Source: a virus
Lineage: Duplodnaviria; Caudoviricetes
Length of the DNA: 58,085 bases
Reading direction: 5' to 3' (one strand)
IMG/VR virus record: IMGVR_UViG_3300043398_000262
Location: 1 to 58,085 of that record
Shown here: positions 1-9,041 of the stretch, one piece after another
Numbering within the stretch: the stretch's first letter is position 1
Layout: the number at the start of each line of letters is the position of its first letter
Made by a program: the position numbers and the translations under genes
Notes under the pieces: model-generated
What the model was told of the DNA's origin: nothing
What the model saw: only the letters and a program-made list of their open reading frames with translations
The model's database searches: none

Positions 1-24
1 GATTGCGACCAGCAGCTCCAGGGT
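1..24. repeat. Left copy of 24-nt terminal direct repeat (circular overlap)
   Basis: gattgcgaccagcagctccagggt matches 58062-58085 (gattgcgtccagcagctccagggt) at 23/24 positions. Confidence 0.9.
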
Positions 25-179
25 CATTTCTTTTTCGAAGCCAGAAGCCCAATTAAGCTGACCCCGATACCTACTAGGCTAGTCAGAGACATCCAAATCG
101 GCGCGCTCGCTACGATGTTACAAATGAAAGTCCCCACGTTTAGACCTAGCACAACTGCCACGTAGTCTCTAAACGTCAC
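24..179 (-). CDS. Small membrane protein (51 aa, not in ORF track)
   Basis: Hand translation from GTG179: MTFRDYVAVVLGLNVGTFICNIVASAPIWMSLTSLVGIGVSLIGLLASKKK. Two hydrophobic stretches; GTGA/ATGA overlaps with both neighbours. Confidence 0.6.
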   Translation of the reverse strand: MTFRDYVAVVLGLNVGTFICNIVASAPIWMSLTSLVGIGVSLIGLLASKKK

Positions 180-331
180 GGCTTTCTCCTAGTTTCAGCG
201 GCTTCGGCAACGGCGGTCCAAGCCGCACGGCTGGCCAAAGTCAAATCTTTCCAGGCCGGGTATTTCTCCAGGCCCATCATGGTACAGTACGCCTTATAGG
301 CTAGTCGGCCAACGTCGAGCTTAGTGGTCAT
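176..331 (-). CDS. Small hypothetical phage protein (51 aa, not in ORF track)
   Basis: MTTKLDVGRLAYKAYCTMMGLEKYPAWKDLTLASRAAWTAVAEAAETRRKP; ATGA overlap with 328..582. Confidence 0.65.
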   Translation of the reverse strand: MTTKLDVGRLAYKAYCTMMGLEKYPAWKDLTLASRAAWTAVAEAAETRRKP

Positions 332-582
332 ATGCGTCTATTCTTGAGTTGACGCGCACATTGCATGAGTTCAGCGGCTACGCCGTGTAGAGCTTGACTC
401 GCAAAGGCCGCACTGCGGATTTGCCAGCAACTAACTAATTCTTCATCTGATACCGGAACTGATGTGGCGCTATTTAGTGCGGCTTGAAGCGCTGCGCGCA
501 TTGCTTCGCGCGGCATCACCAAGCCGACGTCGATTTCCGCGTCTAGGGCCGCGTCTAGCATTTTATCTGTTACTTTATTCAT
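328..582 (-). CDS. Hypothetical protein
   Basis: 84 aa, translationally coupled within the minus-strand operon; C-terminus resembles that of 2915..3247. Confidence 0.65.
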   Translation of the reverse strand: MNKVTDKMLDAALDAEIDVGLVMPREAMRAALQAALNSATSVPVSDEELVSCWQIRSAAFASQALHGVAAELMQCARQLKNRRI

Positions 583-1715
583 CGCAGCCCTCGCACGATA
601 TTGGTCGCAATCAACGACAACGCGTTGACCAGCACGCTACCGGCCGGCGTGCGGGTATCCAACACAACAGCCGACAACTGACGGTCACGTACGATTTGCG
701 CTGCGTAGTGGCACAGCAGCGCTGCTCCCTGACCGTACTGAACCAGCCGCCAATCGGCGAACTTCATTTGCGGGAACTCGGCGTGAACTAGCTTGTTGGC
801 TTCGTGCTCCACAGAGCCACCAGTCCACAAGCGTCCGCTGTCTAGCGGTGCGCAATCGACGTACAGCGTGAAACCTGTGTCCATGGGCGCCTCTTCTTTT
901 AGACTAGAGCGGTCAATTCCTACGATTCCAAAGTCTTCAAACGAACCAGCGGCTACTGCGATTTTGACGCCTTGTTCGGTCAACTCTTGACTGATTTCGT
1001 CGAATACTCCTCCAGGCGCAGGGGTGAAGTGGGACAAAATATCTGCTTGCTCTTCGGCTGATATTGCGCCCACGTTGACTAGACCTTGTACGATCTCAAC
1101 GATGGATTCGCGAAGAGTTGGGTTCTCAGTCGACTCAGACTTGCCGACAAACACGGGTTTGTCCTCTGCCGATACGAACCCGTGGGCTACCCACCCATCT
1201 ACAGTTGCGGCGCGCTCAGCCCGCTTGGCGCGAATGGCCTTGCGCAACCCCGTCTCCCGCAACTTGGAGCCGGCTGCAAATGCGCCAATCGCCAGCCCGC
1301 ATTCCAGCAATTCGGCCTTGGTCATCGACTCCAAGTCGTCAGTAGTCGGTTGCGGTGCAACGATGCCCTGGATGGCAGCTAGCTCTTCTGGCGTAGCAGC
1401 CAACTGAGCGCCCTCTGGCGAGTTAATGTATCCTGACTCTGGCTTCGGAGGCGTCGTGTCTGGGTTGTACGCCGGTAACTGGGCTGCGATTGCACGCAGC
1501 CGCTCCGCTGCGTCGGTTGCGGGCTGCATGGCGCTTAGCGACGCAACCGGGTCAGGCTCCAGAAATTTTGTGCTTATAAGCGCAGCAACGTACTCATCGT
1601 TTGCCTTCTCCATGCTGGACTTACGCGGTGGCAACGGAGGCGCCTTGCGAGGCGGCAAAGGCGGGGGTGCTTTGGGGCTGCCGGACATAGCGTTCTTGAA
1701 ATCTTCGATGGTCAT
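579..1715 (-). CDS. Hypothetical protein with Pro-rich N-terminus and Rho-N/HeH-like motif
   Basis: 378 aa; repeated PPLPPRK; LESMTKAELLECGLAIG...LRKAIR resembles a helix-extension-helix nucleic-acid binding motif. Confidence 0.6.
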   Translation of the reverse strand: MTIEDFKNAMSGSPKAPPPLPPRKAPPLPPRKSSMEKANDEYVAALISTKFLEPDPVASLSAMQPATDAAERLRAIAAQLPAYNPDTTPPKPESGYINSPEGAQLAATPEELAAIQGIVAPQPTTDDLESMTKAELLECGLAIGAFAAGSKLRETGLRKAIRAKRAERAATVDGWVAHGFVSAEDKPVFVGKSESTENPTLRESIVEIVQGLVNVGAISAEEQADILSHFTPAPGGVFDEISQELTEQGVKIAVAAGSFEDFGIVGIDRSSLKEEAPMDTGFTLYVDCAPLDSGRLWTGGSVEHEANKLVHAEFPQMKFADWRLVQYGQGAALLCHYAAQIVRDRQLSAVVLDTRTPAGSVLVNALSLIATNIVRGLR

Positions 1716-1894
1716 GGCGTCTGACTCCTCTTGCCGCGTTTCTCAGGCGAGACATAAGCAGCACCTTCACGTGCTTTGCGGCGTGCTTCTTTCATCTGAC
1801 GCCGGACATACAACCGGAGCTCTAGATGCTGACCAGGGGTCAATTGGCGCATGATTTCGTACGCATCGTCATTGTCATCAGGCAGCGAGCTCAT
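1712..1894 (-). CDS. Hypothetical protein
   Basis: 60 aa with ATGA overlaps at both ends. Confidence 0.55.
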   Translation of the reverse strand: MSSLPDDNDDAYEIMRQLTPGQHLELRLYVRRQMKEARRKAREGAAYVSPEKRGKRSQTP

Positions 1895-2694
1895 ATTGCA
1901 TCCTCCATACTAAACGAGGCGATTGGCAGGCAACGGTCAAAATAGGCGCAGCGGTCGCGGAACGCATAACAGTAACTGGGGCTCTTGGGCAAGTCGTCAC
2001 CAGAGCGGGCCGAAGCCAACCAAGCCTGCATGACACCAGCTTCGGAGTCCAGCTCAATCATCCGCTCGACGACTTGTGCCAACGTCAGCTCGAACCAAAC
2101 CTCACGCGTTCGACCAGTCGGCTCAACCCATATCCAGCGGCCCAAGACGCGCTTGGCGCCACCCAAAAAGGCCTCCCAGAAATAGATGGCTACGGCCTTG
2201 TCCTGGGTCAGCTCAGCTGCCGTCTTGGCGTTGCTGAGCTGCGAAGTAGTCTTCCAGTCGTGAATTACTGTGACGCCAGTAGTCCCCAGCTCGGCTGGTT
2301 GGCCGGTCACAACGTACGACCGCAACTTGTTACGACTGCGTGGCGTCGGCAGAACGTCTTCCCAGTATGGTTCTGCATCCAGAATCCAGTCATAAGCCAA
2401 GTCAATTCGCGCCGTCCACGGCGACGACGGCGTCTCAAACATCCCCAGCACTTCGACGGCTGCCATACCCAGCGGTGGGTGGTATTCTTTCAGCGCCAGC
2501 GCCATAACAGACTGGGGCTGGATGCCCAGCTTGCCGTACATCTCCAACTCCAGATGCACCGCCGTGCCCTGGGCTGTTGCCTTGGTGTCGCCTTCAGGTA
2601 GACCGTCCAGCTTCCTGTAACCCACACGGGCCTTGCAGCCCTCCCAAGTCTTCAGGGTCGAGGCGCTAGCGCGCACCAGGTGTCGTTTCGTCAC
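1891..2694 (-). CDS. PD-(D/E)XK exonuclease, Cas4/RecB-like
   Basis: SAStlktWegC, GTAVH, RIDL, IHDWKT; C-terminal C-x6-C-x5-C (Fe-S type Cys set). Confidence 0.85.
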   Translation of the reverse strand: MTKRHLVRASASTLKTWEGCKARVGYRKLDGLPEGDTKATAQGTAVHLELEMYGKLGIQPQSVMALALKEYHPPLGMAAVEVLGMFETPSSPWTARIDLAYDWILDAEPYWEDVLPTPRSRNKLRSYVVTGQPAELGTTGVTVIHDWKTTSQLSNAKTAAELTQDKAVAIYFWEAFLGGAKRVLGRWIWVEPTGRTREVWFELTLAQVVERMIELDSEAGVMQAWLASARSGDDLPKSPSYCYAFRDRCAYFDRCLPIASFSMEDAI

Positions 2695-2948
2695 ACTTTA
2701 CCGCCTTGAAGCAACTGCAGAACGGCAACGCCGTGTTTTTCGCCGAACTGTGCGATTGCCGTATTCAGCCACAGCTGACGATACCATGGCGTCTCATAGG
2801 TCGCTTGTTCGATTTTATCGGGTATCGTGTCTAGTTGCCTGGGGGCAGCCTCTCCTGGCTTGCGCATCAGAATACGTCGTCCAATTAGGACGACGTATGA
2901 CGTCTGGGTGCGCTTCACAGCTTGCGCTCCTTGAGTTGTCGGGCGCAC
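2691..2948 (-). CDS. Hypothetical protein
   Basis: ORF within the coupled minus-strand operon; start uncertain. Confidence 0.5.
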   Translation of the reverse strand: MRPTTQGAQAVKRTQTSYVVLIGRRILMRKPGEAAPRQLDTIPDKIEQATYETPWYRQLWLNTAIAQFGEKHGVAVLQLLQGGKV

Positions 2949-3247
2949 TTACGGTAGGCGTTAGCCAACTGCTGAGTTTCGACGAGCCCAGGCATAGACC
3001 GCTCTTGATTTGCACTCTCTTCCCACTCGGCTACTAGTTGTTCGTCGGTTAGAGGCTCCTCGTAAAGCTGCCAGTTGTCGCGACCAATCACGCCGTCCAG
3101 GCCCATGCCCGACACATGGCCGACTTCGTCACCTGGCAACAAACTGTACAGGCTGCAGCCGTTCAGGCGAAATAGAAGACAAGAAAGGCTTGGGCTATGA
3201 ATAGTTTTGCCGTCCGCCAGTGCCTTGAGTGCTTCTCTGCCGTTCAT
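2915..3247 (-). CDS. Hypothetical phage protein
   Basis: MNGREALKALADGKTI...DNWQLYEE is a common small phage protein pattern; coupled overlaps. Confidence 0.65.
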   Translation of the reverse strand: MNGREALKALADGKTIHSPSLSCLLFRLNGCSLYSLLPGDEVGHVSGMGLDGVIGRDNWQLYEEPLTDEQLVAEWEESANQERSMPGLVETQQLANAYRKCARQLKERKL

Positions 3248-3534
3248 TTTGTCTCTCCTACCTTGGTCATATAGGCAATCAACTCATCCGACACAGGCGG
3301 CACTTCGACCGTTGAGATTCGGTGGTACGGCCTAGTGGGTTCATCGTCAACCAGCGTGACGTCGATGTCTAGCTCAGTCTGACGACTGGCCAAATCGGCT
3401 TCAATAGCCATTGGGGTGGCGCGCTTGGGGTCATACTCGACCACAGTCCACGGGTATTGGCTGACCACGGTGAACGCGGGCTGCTCACGGAGCTTGCGTT
3501 CTTTGCGACCGAAGAATTTTGACATCAGTGACAT
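3244..3534 (-). CDS. Hypothetical protein
   Basis: 96 aa, GGAGG upstream, ATGA overlap downstream. Confidence 0.6.
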   Translation of the reverse strand: MSLMSKFFGRKERKLREQPAFTVVSQYPWTVVEYDPKRATPMAIEADLASRQTELDIDVTLVDDEPTRPYHRISTVEVPPVSDELIAYMTKVGETK

Positions 3535-3566
3535 CTTACTTCCTCCAACCGCAATAATAGACGCTC

Positions 3567-4307
3567 TTAAGATTGAGCCGTCAACTTTTTCTTGGCGGCT
3601 TTAGTCTTAGCTATGGCTGCTACTCGCTTGGCTACATGCTCTGGATTTTGAGGACGTCCGACTAGTGACGCTACACGCTTCTTGGCAACATCTGGTGGAA
3701 CTATACGGCCTCTAGCCTTTGCGGCTATTTTTTCTCTGGTTTCGAGGCTGCGCTTGCTGCCTAAGTGCCTAGCCACTACTTTAGCTATCGTCTCAGGGGT
3801 TTGTTTGCGGCCAGTGCCTGCTGCAGCCAGTTTGGCTTTGTGTTCGGGCGAGAGCGGCCTGCCCTTGTTCACGGCAAGTGCGGCCGCTCTTACGTGCTCG
3901 GGTATTTTCTTTCCTTTGTTGGCGGCCTTGATTTTTGCTTTGGTTGCGTCGGACATGCGCCTACCTAAGGCCTTAGCAGACATTTTGGCAAGAATCTCGG
4001 GCGGGTGCACATATCCAGCGGACCCCTCGCCCCCGCCCGTGCGGTTGTAACCGTAAGGCGCTCTACATTCGAGTACGTAGATTGCGTGCATCTCTGCCTG
4101 AAATGCTTCCTGCTCTGAGATGTCTTTCGTTAGGAACCGAAGCTCGAACGCAGCTACGCCATGCTTGCGAATTGCGACACTTAGAATGGACTTCCTAAGA
4201 GCAGAATCTCTCAGGTGAGCGTAGGCTCGGTCTCCCTTGCCCTTGCCGACATACTGCTTTCCGTTAATTCTATTCGTCCAGCAGTAGACGTAGAAGCTAT
4301 TATCCAT
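3567..4307 (-). CDS. GIY-YIG homing endonuclease with NUMOD3 repeats
   Basis: YVYCWTNRINGKQYVG, GYNRTGGGEG, repeated S.ETxAKI/SPEHKAKL motifs. Confidence 0.9.
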   Translation of the reverse strand: MDNSFYVYCWTNRINGKQYVGKGKGDRAYAHLRDSALRKSILSVAIRKHGVAAFELRFLTKDISEQEAFQAEMHAIYVLECRAPYGYNRTGGGEGSAGYVHPPEILAKMSAKALGRRMSDATKAKIKAANKGKKIPEHVRAAALAVNKGRPLSPEHKAKLAAAGTGRKQTPETIAKVVARHLGSKRSLETREKIAAKARGRIVPPDVAKKRVASLVGRPQNPEHVAKRVAAIAKTKAAKKKLTAQS

Positions 4308-7131
4308 GGCGCTCTACCGTAGCCCACGAAAACTCCTTGTCCAACAGCTCTTGACGTTGCGCCGACAGACCTAGCCATAAATCGAAGGCTTCGCCGATTG
4401 GCGGGAAGGCAAGCTCAATCAACGGTTCTCCAGAGGCAATCAATACTTGAACATCATCTTTGGAGCGCCAAAACCACGCATACTCTAGTAGGGCAGACTG
4501 CGTCTCATTATCTTCCTGTGTGAACAGTTCGCTGATGTTATCCTGCGTCCAGGAACTTGGGGCAACATCCCCCTCAACCATCACTGAACAAGATTTGGTT
4601 CGCCTAGGCAGCCTAAGGCGCCCTTGGGCTTGCTCCAGCTCGTTTGCGGCACATTGCACCCATTCAATGTCAGCGGCTTCTCCCACCAGTCCCAGCTGAA
4701 ATAGCGTTGGCTTCAGCGCGAACCGTGGCGTGCCAAACATGTACGCAACCGAGCATTCAGTGGCGCTGCCTTGCTGCCACTGGTTCAGACCGCGCAACGC
4801 TCCGTAGTGTGCCACCTGGACTAATCCGCCACGCAGCCGTACCGGGTCGTTTCTTAGCGCTTCTGCGATAGCGCGGAACGTCACGAACAACACCCTGGGT
4901 GGGTCGTATTGCTGAGCTTCTTCTAGGGCTCGCTCCAACGCTGCATCGACCAACGGCCACGGTATCCCGATTGGCTCTCCTGGCTGCGCCTCGCGTCGCA
5001 CACGGCGGCCCGACGTCTCATCCCAGTAGCTGGTGGTCAGTGCCTTGGAGCCACGACCACCGCGCAGAATCATCACACGCTTGACAGGCGCGCCGTCGGT
5101 GACCGAACAGCTGCGTACAGCAAACCCAGGTAACGCAGCCATCATCGGCGTAGCCGACAGCAACACGCCTTTGCGGGCCACCAACTGCTCGTGACAGGCA
5201 TCAGGCATCATCGCCTGTAGTGGCGTGTGCCCGCGATGCTGTAGCCCTTCTACGGGCTCACCGTCGGCAATACGGGCACCCAGCCGCACAACAGCATCAG
5301 CAGCCCTCAGCAGCTCGGCTTCTGCTGCTGAAGGCCTGGAGTCCTCGCGGACTGACAAACGACGCCACTCACCAGCAAGTGCGATTGCGTTACCCAGCGG
5401 CGTTCCTTCGGGGCCCCAGACAATTTCTCCTGGTTCGGTACCGGTCGACCAGGCGCGTGCCAACTCGCGCACTACTTTGGCGATGGTGGCTGGCGCTGAC
5501 GGCAGCTCTGCCGTCACTAGTGCCTGCAGTTGGTTTGGCGTAACCTGAACTTGCTCATAGGTGCCTGGCATCTCGTCAACAATCAGCTCGATTCCCAAAC
5601 CCTTGTCTTTGCCATCAGCGTCCAGCCCGAACACCTGGTTGATGCCAGCGTGTGAGACAAAAATTACGTTGGCGCTAGCCAAGGAACGTTGGCGTTCTTT
5701 AGCAGCAGCGTAAGCTTCACATTCTTGCCTAAGCGGGCAGCGTGGGCAAATCTTACCCAACAGAGACACGCCGAACTCGAATACCTGCGATTTCAGTTCG
5801 TTGGCGCGGCCGCACACTGGCTCACTGCCGACTTGAATTAGCGGGCTATGCTGGTGCACAGAGCGTGCATAGACGTCTGGCGGCAGATACTGGCGTGTAT
5901 CGTGTGCGACTTCGTGCGTTTGCGTGCAGTAGGCAATCTTGTAGCCGGCTCTGGCGCGCTCTGTAAGAATTATGGCAGCGCTATGACTTTTTCCGACTCC
6001 AGCCGGGTAGTGTATGACAGTCGGCTCTCGGCTAAGAACTGCGTCTCGGATGTCGTCCACTAGCGACAATACGGCCTGGGAGACCGGTACCGACAGCTTG
6101 GGCGAAGCCTGGCGCTGAAGCTGCTCCTCTAGCCGAACCTGGAGCTCGCTGGGGGCACCAAATCGCCCTTGGTCGTCCAGACCCAACGCGGCCAAAATCT
6201 CGCCACGTCGGCAGCTGGCAAAGCATACGACATCGATACCGTTGCCGCTGGCTCGAACGCGAAAACTAGGGGATTTCTGAATACCGTCCGGAGCGCAAGC
6301 TGGACACGGCCCGCGGCGCCAGCCCTCAAAGGCTTCGGCACCCAGCGAGATGCCACGTTGATTGAACACCTTGGTGATGTCCCGTAGAGCTCCTACGGCT
6401 TCGGCCGTCGGCTGCTGATACGGGCGCTGACGTCGACTCGATACCTGGGCGGTAGTCGGGCGACGCAGGATTGCCTCGACATCCAGCGGCCTGCCTGGTC
6501 GAACGTCGAACACAGCCAAATGCGCGCGCTCTGGCGGTGTGCACGGTACGTACCAGCTCTGGGCTGGACGTGCGCTGGCCGGGTCAAATCCACGAGGCTT
6601 AGCCGCTCGCTCTATACCGCTGGCCGTCTCTACGAACCGGCCCAGTACTTCGGCGCGGTATTTTGGGTCATCAACCGGTACTTCGTGGCCGAACAGAGCG
6701 GGCACGAGCACTCGATATTCGTCTGGGGTAACCGGCTTGTCGAACGGTAAGCAGATGCGGTACGCGTCATAAGGGCCACGGGTCCCAGAGTCTGAGTGGG
6801 TTTTGTTTTCATCTCGGTGGCTCCAGCTCGAGTATACGATGAACGCGAGCCCCAAGCCGTCCATGTGGGCTACCGCTGCCTCCAAGTCGCCTATGTCAGC
6901 GCAATCCTTGTCTAGGACGGCCGCATGCAGACACTCCAAGCCAGCCAAGCCACGATTAGCCCCAATACGGTATTCGGCTGCGGCCCACAACTGAACGCTG
7001 TCCTTTGACGGCGCCACCAACTCAGGGAACACAGATTCGACGCCTTCTAGCGTCCAAGGGACGTCGAAAGAGCGGTCTACTTTGGACCCGTGTTTGCCCA
7101 ACGCTTGGAACAAAACGCCCTTGAAGCGCAA
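4300..7131 (-). CDS. AEP-type primase fused to SF2-like helicase
   Basis: N-terminal LDKD, YSSWSH, RICLP, FDPAS..PAQSWYVP; CPAC zinc finger; Walker A PAGVGKS, Walker B IVDE, LSATP, QAQGRLR. Confidence 0.8.
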   Translation of the reverse strand: MRFKGVLFQALGKHGSKVDRSFDVPWTLEGVESVFPELVAPSKDSVQLWAAAEYRIGANRGLAGLECLHAAVLDKDCADIGDLEAAVAHMDGLGLAFIVYSSWSHRDENKTHSDSGTRGPYDAYRICLPFDKPVTPDEYRVLVPALFGHEVPVDDPKYRAEVLGRFVETASGIERAAKPRGFDPASARPAQSWYVPCTPPERAHLAVFDVRPGRPLDVEAILRRPTTAQVSSRRQRPYQQPTAEAVGALRDITKVFNQRGISLGAEAFEGWRRGPCPACAPDGIQKSPSFRVRASGNGIDVVCFASCRRGEILAALGLDDQGRFGAPSELQVRLEEQLQRQASPKLSVPVSQAVLSLVDDIRDAVLSREPTVIHYPAGVGKSHSAAIILTERARAGYKIAYCTQTHEVAHDTRQYLPPDVYARSVHQHSPLIQVGSEPVCGRANELKSQVFEFGVSLLGKICPRCPLRQECEAYAAAKERQRSLASANVIFVSHAGINQVFGLDADGKDKGLGIELIVDEMPGTYEQVQVTPNQLQALVTAELPSAPATIAKVVRELARAWSTGTEPGEIVWGPEGTPLGNAIALAGEWRRLSVREDSRPSAAEAELLRAADAVVRLGARIADGEPVEGLQHRGHTPLQAMMPDACHEQLVARKGVLLSATPMMAALPGFAVRSCSVTDGAPVKRVMILRGGRGSKALTTSYWDETSGRRVRREAQPGEPIGIPWPLVDAALERALEEAQQYDPPRVLFVTFRAIAEALRNDPVRLRGGLVQVAHYGALRGLNQWQQGSATECSVAYMFGTPRFALKPTLFQLGLVGEAADIEWVQCAANELEQAQGRLRLPRRTKSCSVMVEGDVAPSSWTQDNISELFTQEDNETQSALLEYAWFWRSKDDVQVLIASGEPLIELAFPPIGEAFDLWLGLSAQRQELLDKEFSWATVERHG

Positions 7132-7136
7132 GACAT

Positions 7137-7556
7137 CTACTCCTGATGAACGACGGCCACACCGTGCTTCTTCAGCATATCCAGCGGCGCTGGGTCACGG
7201 TACTGAACACCGTACACGACTGAGACGATGCCAGCCACAACCAACAGCTTGGCACATGCGGCGCATGGTGAGTGCGTACAGTAGCAAGTGGCTCCCGTAA
7301 TAGCCACCCCGCGCCTAGAAGCGAAACAGATTGCGTTGGCCTCTGCATGCGCCACTTGGCAGCCTCCGTGTGGACCAATATCGCAGCCAGCATCCAGGCA
7401 GTGCGGTGCACCTGGTAAGGCGCCGTTGTATCCACTGACCAGCAGCTGGTTGTCGGCCACTAGAACACAACCAACCCGAAGGCGCTTACAGGTAGACCGC
7501 GTAGCGGCTAGCTGCGCCATGCCTAGCCAGTACTCAGACCAACTAGGCCGGGTCAT
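7137..7556 (-). CDS. dCMP deaminase
   Basis: RSTC..L.VG, SGYNG, HAEANA, THSPCAAC. Confidence 0.93.
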   Translation of the reverse strand: MTRPSWSEYWLGMAQLAATRSTCKRLRVGCVLVADNQLLVSGYNGALPGAPHCLDAGCDIGPHGGCQVAHAEANAICFASRRGVAITGATCYCTHSPCAACAKLLVVAGIVSVVYGVQYRDPAPLDMLKKHGVAVVHQE

Positions 7557-7804
7557 CAGAACACCACCGTTCGTTGAATAGCTGGCTTGGTGACCGGCTC
7601 CAGTTCGTTCTCCAAATACACCATGCGTGTCGCGTTGTTTTCGACCTGAATCTCCAGGTCATCGACGTCCTTACACAGGGTGGTCAAGTCGACATTGATG
7701 TCAGACCGCAGCTTGTTGACCTTGTGGGACAACAGCCAAGCATGCACCACCAGGCCAATTACGCACAGCGCCAGCAAAACATCGTACAGCTCAATCGTTG
7801 GCAT
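7556..7804 (-). CDS. Small membrane-anchored coiled-coil protein
   Basis: N-terminal hydrophobic segment followed by a heptad-like region. Confidence 0.55.
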   Translation of the reverse strand: MPTIELYDVLLALCVIGLVVHAWLLSHKVNKLRSDINVDLTTLCKDVDDLEIQVENNATRMVYLENELEPVTKPAIQRTVVF

Positions 7805-8352
7805 TTACTACCTCCCTAGATGGCAAAGCCAGTTCAGACTCATGCACGCTATAGTAGTATTGTTCGGGTATCGTCTGGACGAAATAGCGAAACGCCGAGC
7901 CGCCCATGTCGCAGATGATTGTTACCGGCTGATTGACCAGCCCGCAAGCTGTCATCAGTACCGTATCGCCAACCTTCATGGTTGCTCCTGGTTGGAGTGC
8001 TTGACAATGACGGCTCTAAGGAGCTCTTCGGAGTTTGCGTATGCCCGTGACATACCCGCGTCAATTGCTCGCCACTCGGGGCTATCGGTCGCCAAGCATG
8101 CCCTTCGGCTAGACGCCCAACGCCGGTCTAGCTCGTTTGCCAACTCTTCCAGGTCCGTTAGTAGCTTTTTCATACGTCCTCCTGAGATAACAAACGTTGA
8201 GCCGCTAGACAGCTGTCATACGACCCGGCAGCTACCTGGCGCCAGATTCGAATACCGACGCCATCGTCCTCAATTTGCGTCAGCACATAATACTGGTGCC
8301 ATTGACTGCTACAGGAGTATTGCTTGGGCCTGATTTCGTATCGAGTTGTCAT
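7791..8352 (-). CDS. Three small coupled hypothetical ORFs (7791-7979, 7976-8173, 8170-8352)
   Basis: Overlapping start/stop codons; promoter-like sequence just upstream of 8352. Confidence 0.5.
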
Positions 8353-8436
8353 CTAGGAGTATCGTACGGCCACAGCCGGCTAAATGTCCACCAGCATTTT
8401 GCGATATCTAGCTACTCCGCTATTGTGCCACCATTA

Positions 8437-8467
8437 CTGTGACAGTCTGTGACATCTAGCTGTGACA
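8437..8467. repeat. Three direct CTGTGACA repeats in a divergent intergenic region
   Basis: ctgtgaca at 8437, 8447 and 8460. Confidence 0.75.
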
Positions 8468-8676
8468 CCGGAGGCAAGCATGTGGCGGCGAATTGTTGTG
8501 TGGTTACTAGGACTGGTGGCTCCCAAGCGCGAACGTCGGCTGGCCGATATCGCGGCCACCAGGATTGCCGAACCGCCTCCGCTGACTCGCCCCGTGTACT
8601 TCAAGCCGGTCACTATTAGTGAGCTGAAGGAAGGGCTGTACTCCGGTGAAGAGAAATCCGGTGTGCATCGCAACAT

Positions 8677-9036
8677 GTGGAGGAAGCCGTGAGCAAGGAG
8701 CCCGTTCGATTATTGGGTGACCATCTGAAGAGCAATCCACGCCGCAAGCTCGGCCCCCAAAAGGCGACTCTGACTCAGTGCGCTAAGCACGGTCAATTCT
8801 TCCCACGTGATGAGCAATGCTGCTGGTGCGAGCCGCCAGTCCGTACCTTCAGGACTATGGGCGAGCGCTATTTTGACCACTGGTGGGCCAACGGCTGCTT
8901 TGGGTTGGTCAGCGACACATGGGAAGAGCTTAGCGCTGAAGAGCAGCTAAAGTGGAACCGCGACGCAATGAAGGTGATTGATGACACATTGCGGCAGCGC
9001 CTGCCTGCTCCCGATTGGGCGATGATGTACCCGTAA
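8677..9036 (+). CDS. Hypothetical Cys/His-rich protein
   Basis: CAKH...CCWC putative Zn ligands; likely start GTG 8689 overlapping the stop of 8462..8692. Confidence 0.5.
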   Translation: MEEAVSKEPVRLLGDHLKSNPRRKLGPQKATLTQCAKHGQFFPRDEQCCWCEPPVRTFRTMGERYFDHWWANGCFGLVSDTWEELSAEEQLKWNRDAMKVIDDTLRQRLPAPDWAMMYP

Positions 9037-9041
9037 GCCAG

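Noticed and set aside
1-24. Terminal repeat as attL/attR of a prophage
   Set aside because: The repeat lies inside the helicase coding start and joins a translationally coupled operon; an assembly overlap is the simpler explanation
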